Below are positions 10,950-19,330 of a stretch of 64,000 nt of DNA, one piece after another; position 1 is the first letter of the stretch; every line of letters begins with the position of its first letter. Origin of the DNA: Candidatus Latescibacterota bacterium (GTDB lineage Bacteria > Latescibacterota > UBA2968 > SICM01); NCBI GenBank assembly GCA_965217865.1, contig CBDCJO010000001.1, forward strand, positions 416,001 through 480,000, in the 5' to 3' direction. The notes below the pieces were generated by a model. That model made no database searches. It saw only the letters and a program-made list of their open reading frames with translations, and was not told the origin of the DNA. Both the position numbers and the translations under genes were made by a program.

Positions 10950-11067
10950 CATTAACCACTCTCCTCCCCAAGTTCAAATACTTTCATGAATCGATGACTC
11001 TGGCGGGCAGGGGCGCGTATGGGAGGAATTGAAGGAGTGGGGTTTGAGGGTAGACCACTGATCGTTC

Positions 11068-11243
11068 AAAAAAAGGGCTCCGAAAATCGATCTCGAACGC
11101 CTACTGGTTGCGAAAAAAGAGGGTCATTAAACGATCCCAGTCCGACTTCGGTCAACACCGTCTCCCCCAACGGTGTCGCGCTGTCAACCGGGCATAACCC
11201 ACTAAATTTCCGGAACAGTAGAACTTGACCGATACGGAGCCCT
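11068..11243 (-). ncRNA. ssrS: ~170-nt rod-shaped RNA, probable 6S RNA
   Basis: Closing stem AGGGCTCCG/CGGAGCCCT followed by U7. Nested helices ATCGGTC/GATCGAT, CTACTG/CAGTAG, GGGTTAT/ATGACCC, CCCGGTT/GACTGGG, ACACCGTT/GACGGTGT. Mismatches resolve as G-U only on the minus strand. No credible ORF. Confidence 0.6.
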
Positions 11244-11413
11244 AAAACTCAAAAAATGTTTGGAATGGAGTTGCCTGAAAGGGACCGAATCGGTTGTAAG
11301 ACACCCGAAAACAAGCCCTTCCAAAAGGCCTCAAAAGTGCGGATGGGGTATAATTGTAACCCCTTAATAATCAATCGATTATCTTTTCTTAATCGCAATC
11401 GAAATCGGTTTAG

Positions 11414-11442
11414 AATATAGGGTCCGCAAATAGGCAAGTCAA
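11414..11442 (-). promoter_or_regulatory. sigma70-type promoter upstream of the ncRNA
   Basis: TTGACT-17 bp-TATATT on minus strand. Confidence 0.55.
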
Positions 11443-11669
11443 GGACAATTTTGAACCCGTTTTGTGAAACAGACGGATGAGCCATGTAACACCTTGAGAG
11501 ATATGAAAATCGTGTCTTAAAAAAAAATGTTCCACATTAAGATCGTCCACTGATAAGATAGAATCATCCACCAACATGGACGGGACCGTGGGAATTTAAT
11601 CCACGCACTCGACGCTTAATGTCGAACCTTTGATCGATTCTCAGTTATCCTCGGTTGGATTAACCGGTT

Positions 11670-12629
11670 TTATTCTTCCCAGACCCCCATTCGATTGAAT
11701 TTTTCCATTCGTTGTTCCAACAATTGATCGGTTGACAGGCTTCGAAGTTCATCCAGCGCGTCGACAATGGCGGACTTCAACGACTCTCCCGCCTTCGTGA
11801 TATCCCGATGGGCCCCCCCAACCGGTTCGGGTACAACCCGATCGATAATCCCTAATCCAACCAGGTCCGAAGCAGTGAGCTGAAGTGCCTCCGCGGCATC
11901 CTCTTTCTTGTCCCGGGTCCGCCAGAGAATCAGCGAACAACCCTCAGGAAGGATGACTGAGAACCACGCGTTCTCCATCATGAGGATTCGATCCCCAACG
12001 CCTATCGCCAGTGCTCCCCCGCTTGCCCCCTCCCCAATTATCGCGACAACGATCGGCGTCGGTAGATGCGACATCTCAAACAAATTTCGAGCGATGGATT
12101 CGGCCTGCCCCCGCTCCTCTGCCCCGACCCCGGGATAGGCCCCTGGCGTATCGATCAGGCAGATTACAGGCCGCCGAAATTTAGCTGCTAACTTCATGAG
12201 TCTCAAGGCCTTACGGTATCCCTCGGGGTGCGCCATCCCGAAGTTGCGATATAAATTATCTTTCGTATTGCGCCCCTTCTGGTGGCCGATCACCATCACT
12301 GGCATCCCATCCAGCCGTGCAAGCCCACCGACGATCGCGTGGTCATCCCCAAAACACCTGTCCCCGTGGAGTTCCTTAAACTCCGGCATGATCATCTGGA
12401 TGTAGTCCAGCGTATAAGGCCGCTTGGGATGCCGGGCAATCTGGACACGCTGCCATCTCGAGAGATTTGAATAGATCTCCTGTTGCACTTTCTGTGCTTT
12501 ATCCTCCAACTTCTTCACCTCTTCTGACATATCCATCCCCTCTTCGGAGGCATAAGCCTTTAACTCCTCAATCTTTTTTACAAGTTCTGCGAGGGGACGC
12601 TCGAAATCAAGAAAATAGTTCTGATTCAT
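11670..12629 (-). CDS. accA: acetyl-CoA carboxylase carboxyltransferase alpha
   Basis: [48 protein letters not shown]. Confidence 0.97.
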   Translation of the reverse strand: MNQNYFLDFERPLAELVKKIEELKAYASEEGMDMSEEVKKLEDKAQKVQQEIYSNLSRWQRVQIARHPKRPYTLDYIQMIMPEFKELHGDRCFGDDHAIVGGLARLDGMPVMVIGHQKGRNTKDNLYRNFGMAHPEGYRKALRLMKLAAKFRRPVICLIDTPGAYPGVGAEERGQAESIARNLFEMSHLPTPIVVAIIGEGASGGALAIGVGDRILMMENAWFSVILPEGCSLILWRTRDKKEDAAEALQLTASDLVGLGIIDRVVPEPVGGAHRDITKAGESLKSAIVDALDELRSLSTDQLLEQRMEKFNRMGVWEE

Positions 12630-12738
12630 GACAACCTCGAATAATCCATCCCGAGAAGGAAAGGGCTGAGAATTTCGTGAAGCGATACCCTATCATTCCA
12701 CGCCCGATTACTTTCCTCCCCTATCCTCTTTGAATCCT

Positions 12739-13932
12739 CTACCCGGAAAGCCTGCTAACCCCCTCCTCGATCCGGTCCAATGCCTTTCGGATGTTTTCCA
12801 TTGAGGTGGCATAGGAGACCCGCATATGGCCATCCATACCGAAACCGCTTCCTGGAACGCACGAGACCCCCATCTCTTGCAGAAGAAAATTACAGAGGTC
12901 CAGGGAGCTCTCGACTTTCCAATCTCCGTAATGAGAACCATAGACTTCCGACATATTCGGAAAAACGTAAAAAGCCCCATCGGGTTTCATGCAGCTGATA
13001 CCTGAAATTCCATTCAAACGGTCAACGATATAATCCCGTCGCTCCTCGAAAGCCCCCCGCATCTGTTCGACACTCCTCTGGGGGCCATTCAGCGCCGTCA
13101 GAGCCGCCGCCTGGGAAATCGATGAGGGATTCGAGGTCTCCTGGCTCTCCAGCTTGGCCATCAGGGAGATGACCTCCTTCGGACCAGCCGCATAGCCGAT
13201 CCGCCATCCGGTCATCGCATAGGCTTTGGACACGCCGTTCACAAGGATCGTCCTGGCCTTCATGGCCTCTCCCATCTGGGCGATCGAAAAGAAGGGCACC
13301 CCGTAAATGATCTTCTCGTAGATCTCATCGGAAATGACATACACTTCTGAATCGGCTAAAACCTCTGCAAGCCCCGAGAGTTCATCCTCTGAATAGACCA
13401 CGCCGTGCGGGTTGCTGGGGCTGTTCATGATCAGAAGCTTCGTTCGGGACGAAATGACCCCACGCAGTTCATCAGGGGTCATTTTGAGCCCGTTTTCCGG
13501 CCTGGTCTCCACAACGACGGCTTTCCCTCCCATCAGCTTCACCTGGTCCACATAACTGACCCAATATGGGGCCGGGATGATCGCCTCGTCCCCCTCGTTG
13601 ATCAGGGACATGGCGGCATCAAAGATCGTGTGTTTGGCCCCGCAGTTTACGACCACTTGGGTAGGATCGTATTTCAACCCGTTGTCCCTTTCGAGCTTGT
13701 CGCAGATCGCCCGTTTTAGCTCAGGGATTCCTGTGGCCTGGGTATATTTTGTGAATCCATCTTCTATGGCCTTGATGGCGCCATCCTTAATGTACTGTGG
13801 TGTGTCGAAATCCGGCTCCCCGGCATCCATAGAGACCACGTCGATCCCTTCCGCCCGCATCGCCTTTGCCTTAGCAGAGACCGCCATGGTGACCGACTCT
13901 TCAATCCCCAACACGCGTTTGGACAGCGCCAT
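12739..13932 (-). CDS. aspC: aspartate aminotransferase (class I/II PLP)
   Basis: GEPDFDTP, NSPSNPHG, SDEIYE, SKAYAMTGWRIGY. Confidence 0.88.
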   Translation of the reverse strand: MALSKRVLGIEESVTMAVSAKAKAMRAEGIDVVSMDAGEPDFDTPQYIKDGAIKAIEDGFTKYTQATGIPELKRAICDKLERDNGLKYDPTQVVVNCGAKHTIFDAAMSLINEGDEAIIPAPYWVSYVDQVKLMGGKAVVVETRPENGLKMTPDELRGVISSRTKLLIMNSPSNPHGVVYSEDELSGLAEVLADSEVYVISDEIYEKIIYGVPFFSIAQMGEAMKARTILVNGVSKAYAMTGWRIGYAAGPKEVISLMAKLESQETSNPSSISQAAALTALNGPQRSVEQMRGAFEERRDYIVDRLNGISGISCMKPDGAFYVFPNMSEVYGSHYGDWKVESSLDLCNFLLQEMGVSCVPGSGFGMDGHMRVSYATSMENIRKALDRIEEGVSRLSG

Positions 13933-13989
13933 AAATAAATCCTCTCAAAAATCAGTGAAGCGTATCTCGTCGGAGCCCGCTTCACGAGT

Positions 13990-15192
13990 TTATGTTGTAT
14001 ACTCGGCGTTGATCTTCACATACTCATAACTGAAATCGCACGTATAGGCCTCGGCGCTTTCGGATCCTTCCCCGAGATCGATCTCGATCAGGACGTCCCT
14101 GGCCGACAGGGCTTCTATAGCTTTTCCATGGTCGAAGGAAACGGGACCCCCGTGGACGAATATCGGAATGCCTGCCATCGAAACCTTTACCCGGTTCGGA
14201 TCCAGATCCACCCCCGAATAGCCTGCAGCGCAAAGGATCCTTCCCCAGTTGGGGTCACGGCCGAAGATTGCGGTCTTCACCAGGTTTGAATTCGCTATGG
14301 CCATTCCCACCGCTTTCGCATCTGGAAAATGACGTGCGGATGTCACCCGAACCGTCACGAATTTTGTCGCTCCCTCGCCGTCCATAGCGATCTTTTTGGC
14401 CAGATCGACCGTAAGAGCATTCAGCCCCTCACGGAAAATTTCCGCCTCACGTGACCCCTCCGAATCAACCCGAAAACCCGATTCCCCGTTCGCCATCAGG
14501 ATCACGGTGTCGTTGGTGCTCGTGTCCCCGTCCACGGTCACCATATTATACGACTTATCAACAGACTCACTGAGCAAAACCTTCAACAACCCGGGCTCGA
14601 CCTCGGCATCCGTCGTCAGAAAAGACAACATGGTCCCCATATTCGGGGCGATCATGCCCGATCCTTTTGCAATCCCCCCCTGGGAAACGATCTTTCCCCC
14701 AGCACGGAATTGAACGGCGGACTGTTTCGGCACGGTGTCCGTCGTCATGATCGCCGCCGCCGCATCCTCGCCTCCGCTCTCACTGAGGCACTGGACCGCC
14801 TTCTGGATACCGGGTTCCACCACCTCCATCGGCAATTGAACACCGATAACCCCGGTCGAAGCCACCAGCACGTTTTTCACCCTCAGACCCATGGCGTCCG
14901 CTGCCACCTCCGCCATCCGGCGCGCATCCTTCATTCCCTGAACTCCCGTACAGCAATTGGCGTTCCCGCTGTTAATGACCACAGCTTGAGGGTGCCCTTC
15001 GGCCATATGCTCCTGGGTCACAAGAAGAGGGGCGGCCTTGACCTGGTTCCGGGTGAATACCCCTGCCGTATTGCAGGGAACCTTCGAAAAGATCAGTGCA
15101 AGGTCCTTATCCTCAGAAGGCTTGATCCCGGCCGAAATCCCGGAAGCCTGGAACCCTTTGGGCGAGGTGACGGAACCGGAAATCGTATTCAA
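13990..15192 (-). CDS. argJ: bifunctional glutamate N-acetyltransferase / amino-acid acetyltransferase
   Basis: AGVFTRN, NSGNAN, STGVIG, IMTTD, KGSGMIAPNMGTML, DGEGATK, DPNWGRI, YVKINAEY. Confidence 0.97.
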   Translation of the reverse strand: MNTISGSVTSPKGFQASGISAGIKPSEDKDLALIFSKVPCNTAGVFTRNQVKAAPLLVTQEHMAEGHPQAVVINSGNANCCTGVQGMKDARRMAEVAADAMGLRVKNVLVASTGVIGVQLPMEVVEPGIQKAVQCLSESGGEDAAAAIMTTDTVPKQSAVQFRAGGKIVSQGGIAKGSGMIAPNMGTMLSFLTTDAEVEPGLLKVLLSESVDKSYNMVTVDGDTSTNDTVILMANGESGFRVDSEGSREAEIFREGLNALTVDLAKKIAMDGEGATKFVTVRVTSARHFPDAKAVGMAIANSNLVKTAIFGRDPNWGRILCAAGYSGVDLDPNRVKVSMAGIPIFVHGGPVSFDHGKAIEALSARDVLIEIDLGEGSESAEAYTCDFSYEYVKINAEYTT

Positions 15193-15316
15193 AGCCCCTC
15201 TTTATAAGTGAAGGATGAGAAATTCCGGGAACGCATCGAAAGGAAAGGTTCTCGTAATCTTGTGATTCGGTTCTGTAAGAACGGATTTAAAGTTCCAGTT
15301 TCCGATTATTTTGTCA

Positions 15317-16495
15317 TCACGATAATCTTAGGCATTTCTTGATGTTCCGAACCGCCTGCTGGATCCGTTGTTCGTTTTCCACGAGTGAAATGCGCACATA
15401 CCCCTCCCCCATATCTCCAAATCCGATCCCGGGGGAGACCGCGACTTCGGCCTCTTCCATCAACTTCATCGCGAATTTCATCGAACCCAACGCACGATAT
15501 CGATCCGGGATCGGCGCCCATACAAACATCGTGGCCCTGGGCTTGAGAATCGGCCACCCGATCCGGTTCAGGCCCCGGACCAGGACATCCCGCCGTTTTT
15601 GATACATCGCAGTCGCGCCCTTCACGCAATCTTGAGGTCCGTCCAGGGCCGAAATTGCCGCAACCTGGATCGGTGTGAAGATCCCATAGTCGAGGTAGCT
15701 TTTGACCCTTGCAAGGGCCTCGATCACGTCCTGATTTCCCGCACAGAACCCCACCCGCCATCCGGCCATGCTGTAGGACTTGGACATCGATAAAAACTCC
15801 ACACCCACATCCCGGGCGCCCGGGGCCTCCAAAAAACTCGGTGCAACGTAACCATCGAACGTGATGTCTGAATAGGCCAGATCGTGGACGACGATAATCT
15901 TTCGTTTCCGGGCAAAGCTCACGATCTCCTCGAAGAATGACAAGTCCACGGTTGCGGTCGTGGGGTTGTGGGGGAAGTTGAATATCATCACCTTTGGCTG
16001 GGGCCAGACCTCCCGCGTGATCATTTCCATCTCCGGGACGAATTCCTTCTCCGGCTTGAGAGGGATGCTCAGCACGTTTCCCCCGGCGATCGTCACCCCA
16101 TAGATATGGATCGGATAGGCCGGGTTCGGAACCACGGCCAGATCGCCTGGGTCCAGGAGGGCGAGACAAATGTGACCCAACCCCTCCTTCGATCCGATCG
16201 TGGCGATTACCTCTCGCTCCCAGTCCAGATCCACCCCAAAACGTCGCTTGTAATGCCGACAGATCGCCTTCCGAAGCCCTGCGATTCCTCGAGACTCGGA
16301 ATAGCGATGTACCTTCTCGTCGGTGACGACCTCACACAGTTTATCGATGATGTGGGGCGGGGCGGGTTGATCGGGATTCCCCATGCCCAGATCGATGATA
16401 TCGACCCCCTCCTGCCGGAGTTTATGTTTGAGCGCATTGATCTGCGCAAAGACATAGGGGGGGAGCCGCTGGAGCCTTTTCGTATCGATGACCAT
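15317..16495 (-). CDS. class I/II PLP aminotransferase, AlaC-like
   Basis: RLPPYVF, DLGMGNPD, TIGSKEG, NFPHNPT, HDLAY, SKSYSMAGWRVGF, KSYLDYG. Confidence 0.85.
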   Translation of the reverse strand: MVIDTKRLQRLPPYVFAQINALKHKLRQEGVDIIDLGMGNPDQPAPPHIIDKLCEVVTDEKVHRYSESRGIAGLRKAICRHYKRRFGVDLDWEREVIATIGSKEGLGHICLALLDPGDLAVVPNPAYPIHIYGVTIAGGNVLSIPLKPEKEFVPEMEMITREVWPQPKVMIFNFPHNPTTATVDLSFFEEIVSFARKRKIIVVHDLAYSDITFDGYVAPSFLEAPGARDVGVEFLSMSKSYSMAGWRVGFCAGNQDVIEALARVKSYLDYGIFTPIQVAAISALDGPQDCVKGATAMYQKRRDVLVRGLNRIGWPILKPRATMFVWAPIPDRYRALGSMKFAMKLMEEAEVAVSPGIGFGDMGEGYVRISLVENEQRIQQAVRNIKKCLRLS

Positions 16496-16502
16496 TATTT
16501 AC

Positions 16503-16547
16503 GCAATTAGAATCTATGGGCTTGTCAAGCCCATGAATTCTAATTGC
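16503..16547. terminator. long hairpin/palindrome between cimA and the aminotransferase
   Basis: GCAATTAGAAT..ATGGGCTT-GTC-AAGCCCAT..ATTCTAATTGC (11-bp + 8-bp stems). Confidence 0.5.
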
Positions 16548-16552
16548 CTTAT

Positions 16553-18160
16553 TTATTCTTCCTTCTGGTCACTGGCGAGGGTGTTTTGACCCACGACCCC
16601 GTCCTTCAACAGCTTGTAACTCAGACTGTCCACCAGGGCGATCCAGCTGGCTTCGATCAGGTTCTCGGAGACGCCCACGGTTCCCCAGAGGTCCACACCG
16701 TCCGACGATTCGATCAACACCCGGACTTTCGCCGCGGTTCCATCGCGGCTGGACAAGTCCCGCACCTTATAATCCAGCAGGTGGACCTCCCCCAGCGTCG
16801 GATAGGTCCCTTCCAGGGCCCGGCGAAGGGCGCGGTCAAGGGCGTTGACCGGACCGTCCCCCTCAGCAACGGTATGTTGAACCTCACCGTTTACCCGGAT
16901 CTTGACGATCGCCTCGATCACCGTCTCCCGATCGTCCTTTATGATCACAGTCCGGTAGCTGATCAGCTCAAACGGATCCTTGTAGAGTCCCATCGCCTTA
17001 CGGGCCAGCACTTCGAAGGATCCCTCGGCGGCTTCGAAGACATAACCTTCATTCTCCTTCAACTTCACCGCGTCCAGGACAGCCCCGACCTCGGGGTCTT
17101 GTTTTTTGATTCCCGGTTTCAATTTCTCCAGTTTGCTGACGATCACGCCCCCGCCCGACTGGTCCGACACGAGAAATCTCCGTGAATTTCCTACCGCCTC
17201 GGGATCTATGTGTTCGAACGACCGCGATATCTTCATCACGCCGTCGACGTGCGCCCCCCCCTTGTGGGCAAAGGCGCTTTCCCCCACGTAAGGCTGCCGA
17301 TGGTCGTGATAGACGTTTGCCAACTCGCTTACGAAACGGGAGACCTCCATGACCTCCGTCAGCTTTTCTTTCCCGATGCAGGTCTTTTCCAGCTTAAGTT
17401 CGATCGTGGGGATGATCGAACACAGGTTGGCGTTCCCGCACCTTTCCCCGTATCCGTTTATAGTGCCCTGTACCTGAACCGCTCCCAACTCTACCGCGGC
17501 GATCGTGTTGGCCGCGCCCATACCCCCGTCGTTGTGGGTGTGGATTCCGAACGGGATATCGATCTCTTTCTTGGTTTTCCCAACGATTCGGCAGACTTCA
17601 GAGGTCAGGGTCCCCCCGTTCGTGTCGCACAGGATCAGGATGTCCGCACCTCCTCTTTGTGCGGCTTGGAGAGTTGCTAAAGCGTATTTGGGATTCTCCT
17701 TATATCCGTCGAAAAAATGCTCCGCGTCGAAGACGACCTCCCTGCCATGGCTCTTCAGATAGGCAACCGAATCCTGGATCAAATCGAGATTCTGTTCAGG
17801 GGTGGTCCGCAGTACCCGGGTGACGTGAAGGTCCCAGGATTTGCCGAAGATGGCGACGATCTCCGTCTCTGCCCCCAGGAGGGTGTTCAGGATCGCATCC
17901 TTCTCAGGGACATTCGAGGCACGGCGAGTGCTCCCGAATGCGGTGACTCTGGCGTTGTTGAAATTTTGTTCCTTTGCCCTGATGAAAAACTCCAAATCCT
18001 TCGGATTAGTCGGATTTGGCCAACCCCCTTCGATATAATGAATCCCCAGATCGTCCAACCGACCCGCAATCAACAACTTGTCTTTGACCGAGAATGCGAT
18101 GCCCTCTGCCTGGGCTCCATCCCGGAGCGTAGAATCGTATATCCGAACGAGATCCGACAT
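16553..18160 (-). CDS. cimA: citramalate synthase
   Basis: YDSTLRDGAQAEG, YIEGGWP, FGKSWDLHV, DAEHFFDG, HTHND, NGYGERCGNA, AFAHKGG, GDGPVNALD; start may be TTG 18178. Confidence 0.93.
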   Translation of the reverse strand: MSDLVRIYDSTLRDGAQAEGIAFSVKDKLLIAGRLDDLGIHYIEGGWPNPTNPKDLEFFIRAKEQNFNNARVTAFGSTRRASNVPEKDAILNTLLGAETEIVAIFGKSWDLHVTRVLRTTPEQNLDLIQDSVAYLKSHGREVVFDAEHFFDGYKENPKYALATLQAAQRGGADILILCDTNGGTLTSEVCRIVGKTKKEIDIPFGIHTHNDGGMGAANTIAAVELGAVQVQGTINGYGERCGNANLCSIIPTIELKLEKTCIGKEKLTEVMEVSRFVSELANVYHDHRQPYVGESAFAHKGGAHVDGVMKISRSFEHIDPEAVGNSRRFLVSDQSGGGVIVSKLEKLKPGIKKQDPEVGAVLDAVKLKENEGYVFEAAEGSFEVLARKAMGLYKDPFELISYRTVIIKDDRETVIEAIVKIRVNGEVQHTVAEGDGPVNALDRALRRALEGTYPTLGEVHLLDYKVRDLSSRDGTAAKVRVLIESSDGVDLWGTVGVSENLIEASWIALVDSLSYKLLKDGVVGQNTLASDQKEE

Positions 18161-18208
18161 AGATGCTTCCGGTTTCAATTGGTTGGCTTTGAACCCGCCC
18201 GCATGGCC

Positions 18209-19273
18209 TTACCCCACGGCGACGGCATCGGCGACCAGATCGCCGACCTGGCTGGTCGTATAGCCCATCTTGCCCGCGGAAAGGCTTTTCAGTTTTTGGC
18301 TGACGACCTCGATGATCGCATTTTCCAATATTTGAGCGCCCTTGTCCTCGCCCAATTGCGCGATCATCATCTGACAGGCCGCGATTGCGGCGATGGGATT
18401 TATAACGTTCTGACCCGTATATCGAGGTGCTGAGCCGCCGATCGGTTCGAACATCGAAACGCCCTCCGGGTTGATGTTTCCGCCCGCGGCGACCCCCATC
18501 CCCCCCTGGATCATGGCACCCAGATCCGTGATGATATCCCCGAAGATATTATCGGTCACAATTACATCGAACCACTCCGGGTTCTTCACCATCCACATGC
18601 AGGTCGCATCTACGTGCGCATAGTCCCGTTCGATTTCCGGATAGTCCGCCTGGCCCACCTCGTGAAACGTCCTCTCCCACAAATCAAACGCGAAGGTCAG
18701 GACATTCGTCTTACCGCAGAGGGTCAGCTTATTATCCTTTTCCCGCTTCCGGGTCGTCTTGAAGGCATATCGGACACATCGCTCCACGCCCTTGCGGGTG
18801 TTGATCGACTCCTGGACGGCGACCTCATCCGGGGTTCCCCGTTTAAGGAATCCGCCGCTTCCCGTATAGATGCCTTCTGTGTTCTCCCTCACGACTACAA
18901 AATCGATATGTTCGGGCCCTTTGTCCTTGAGGGGGGTATCCACTCCGGGATATAACTTGACCGGGCGAAGATTGATATACTGATCCAGTTCGAAGCGGGC
19001 CCGGAGCAGGATGCCCTTTTCCAGAATCCCCGGCTTTACATCAGGATGCCCGATTGCCCCCAGGTAGATGACATCGAATTTTCGCAATTCCTCGACAGCC
19101 GAGTCCGGTAAAGTTTCCCCCGTTCGCTTATAGCGTTCTCCCCCAAAGTCGAAGTGGGTCACCTCATACTTGAATCCCACTTTGTTTCCCACCGCATTCA
19201 GACACTTGAGCCCCTCGTCTACGACCTCCGGACCGGTCCCATCTCCAGGGATAACCGCGATCTTGTAAGACAA
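18209..19273 (-). CDS. leuB: 3-isopropylmalate dehydrogenase
   Basis: PGDGTGPEV, VRENTEG, KTNVL, NIFGDIITD, FEPIGGSAP; inside the leu operon. Confidence 0.92.
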   Translation of the reverse strand: MSYKIAVIPGDGTGPEVVDEGLKCLNAVGNKVGFKYEVTHFDFGGERYKRTGETLPDSAVEELRKFDVIYLGAIGHPDVKPGILEKGILLRARFELDQYINLRPVKLYPGVDTPLKDKGPEHIDFVVVRENTEGIYTGSGGFLKRGTPDEVAVQESINTRKGVERCVRYAFKTTRKREKDNKLTLCGKTNVLTFAFDLWERTFHEVGQADYPEIERDYAHVDATCMWMVKNPEWFDVIVTDNIFGDIITDLGAMIQGGMGVAAGGNINPEGVSMFEPIGGSAPRYTGQNVINPIAAIAACQMMIAQLGEDKGAQILENAIIEVVSQKLKSLSAGKMGYTTSQVGDLVADAVAVG

Positions 19274-19300
19274 TGAAACCTCCTGACTACGTTTGAGCCA

Positions 19301-19321
19301 ATTTTACATTTTGCATTTTGC
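19301..19321. repeat. 7-nt tandem repeat just after the leuS stop
   Basis: ATTTTAC-ATTTTGC-ATTTTGC. Confidence 0.6.
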
Positions 19322-19330
19322 TATTCCATT

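Noticed and set aside
11068-11410. tmRNA, RNase P or SRP identity for the ~340-nt transcript
   Set aside because: No tRNA-like ends or tag ORF, no GAGGAAAGUCC, no SRP domain IV GNRA motif.
11019-11485. Short ORFs 11019-11228 (+) and 11249-11485 (-)
   Set aside because: No motifs; the region is better explained by the structured RNA and its promoter.
15306-16169. 287-aa same-strand alternative-frame ORF
   Set aside because: Overlaps the intact aminotransferase; Arg/Gly/Pro-rich off-frame composition.
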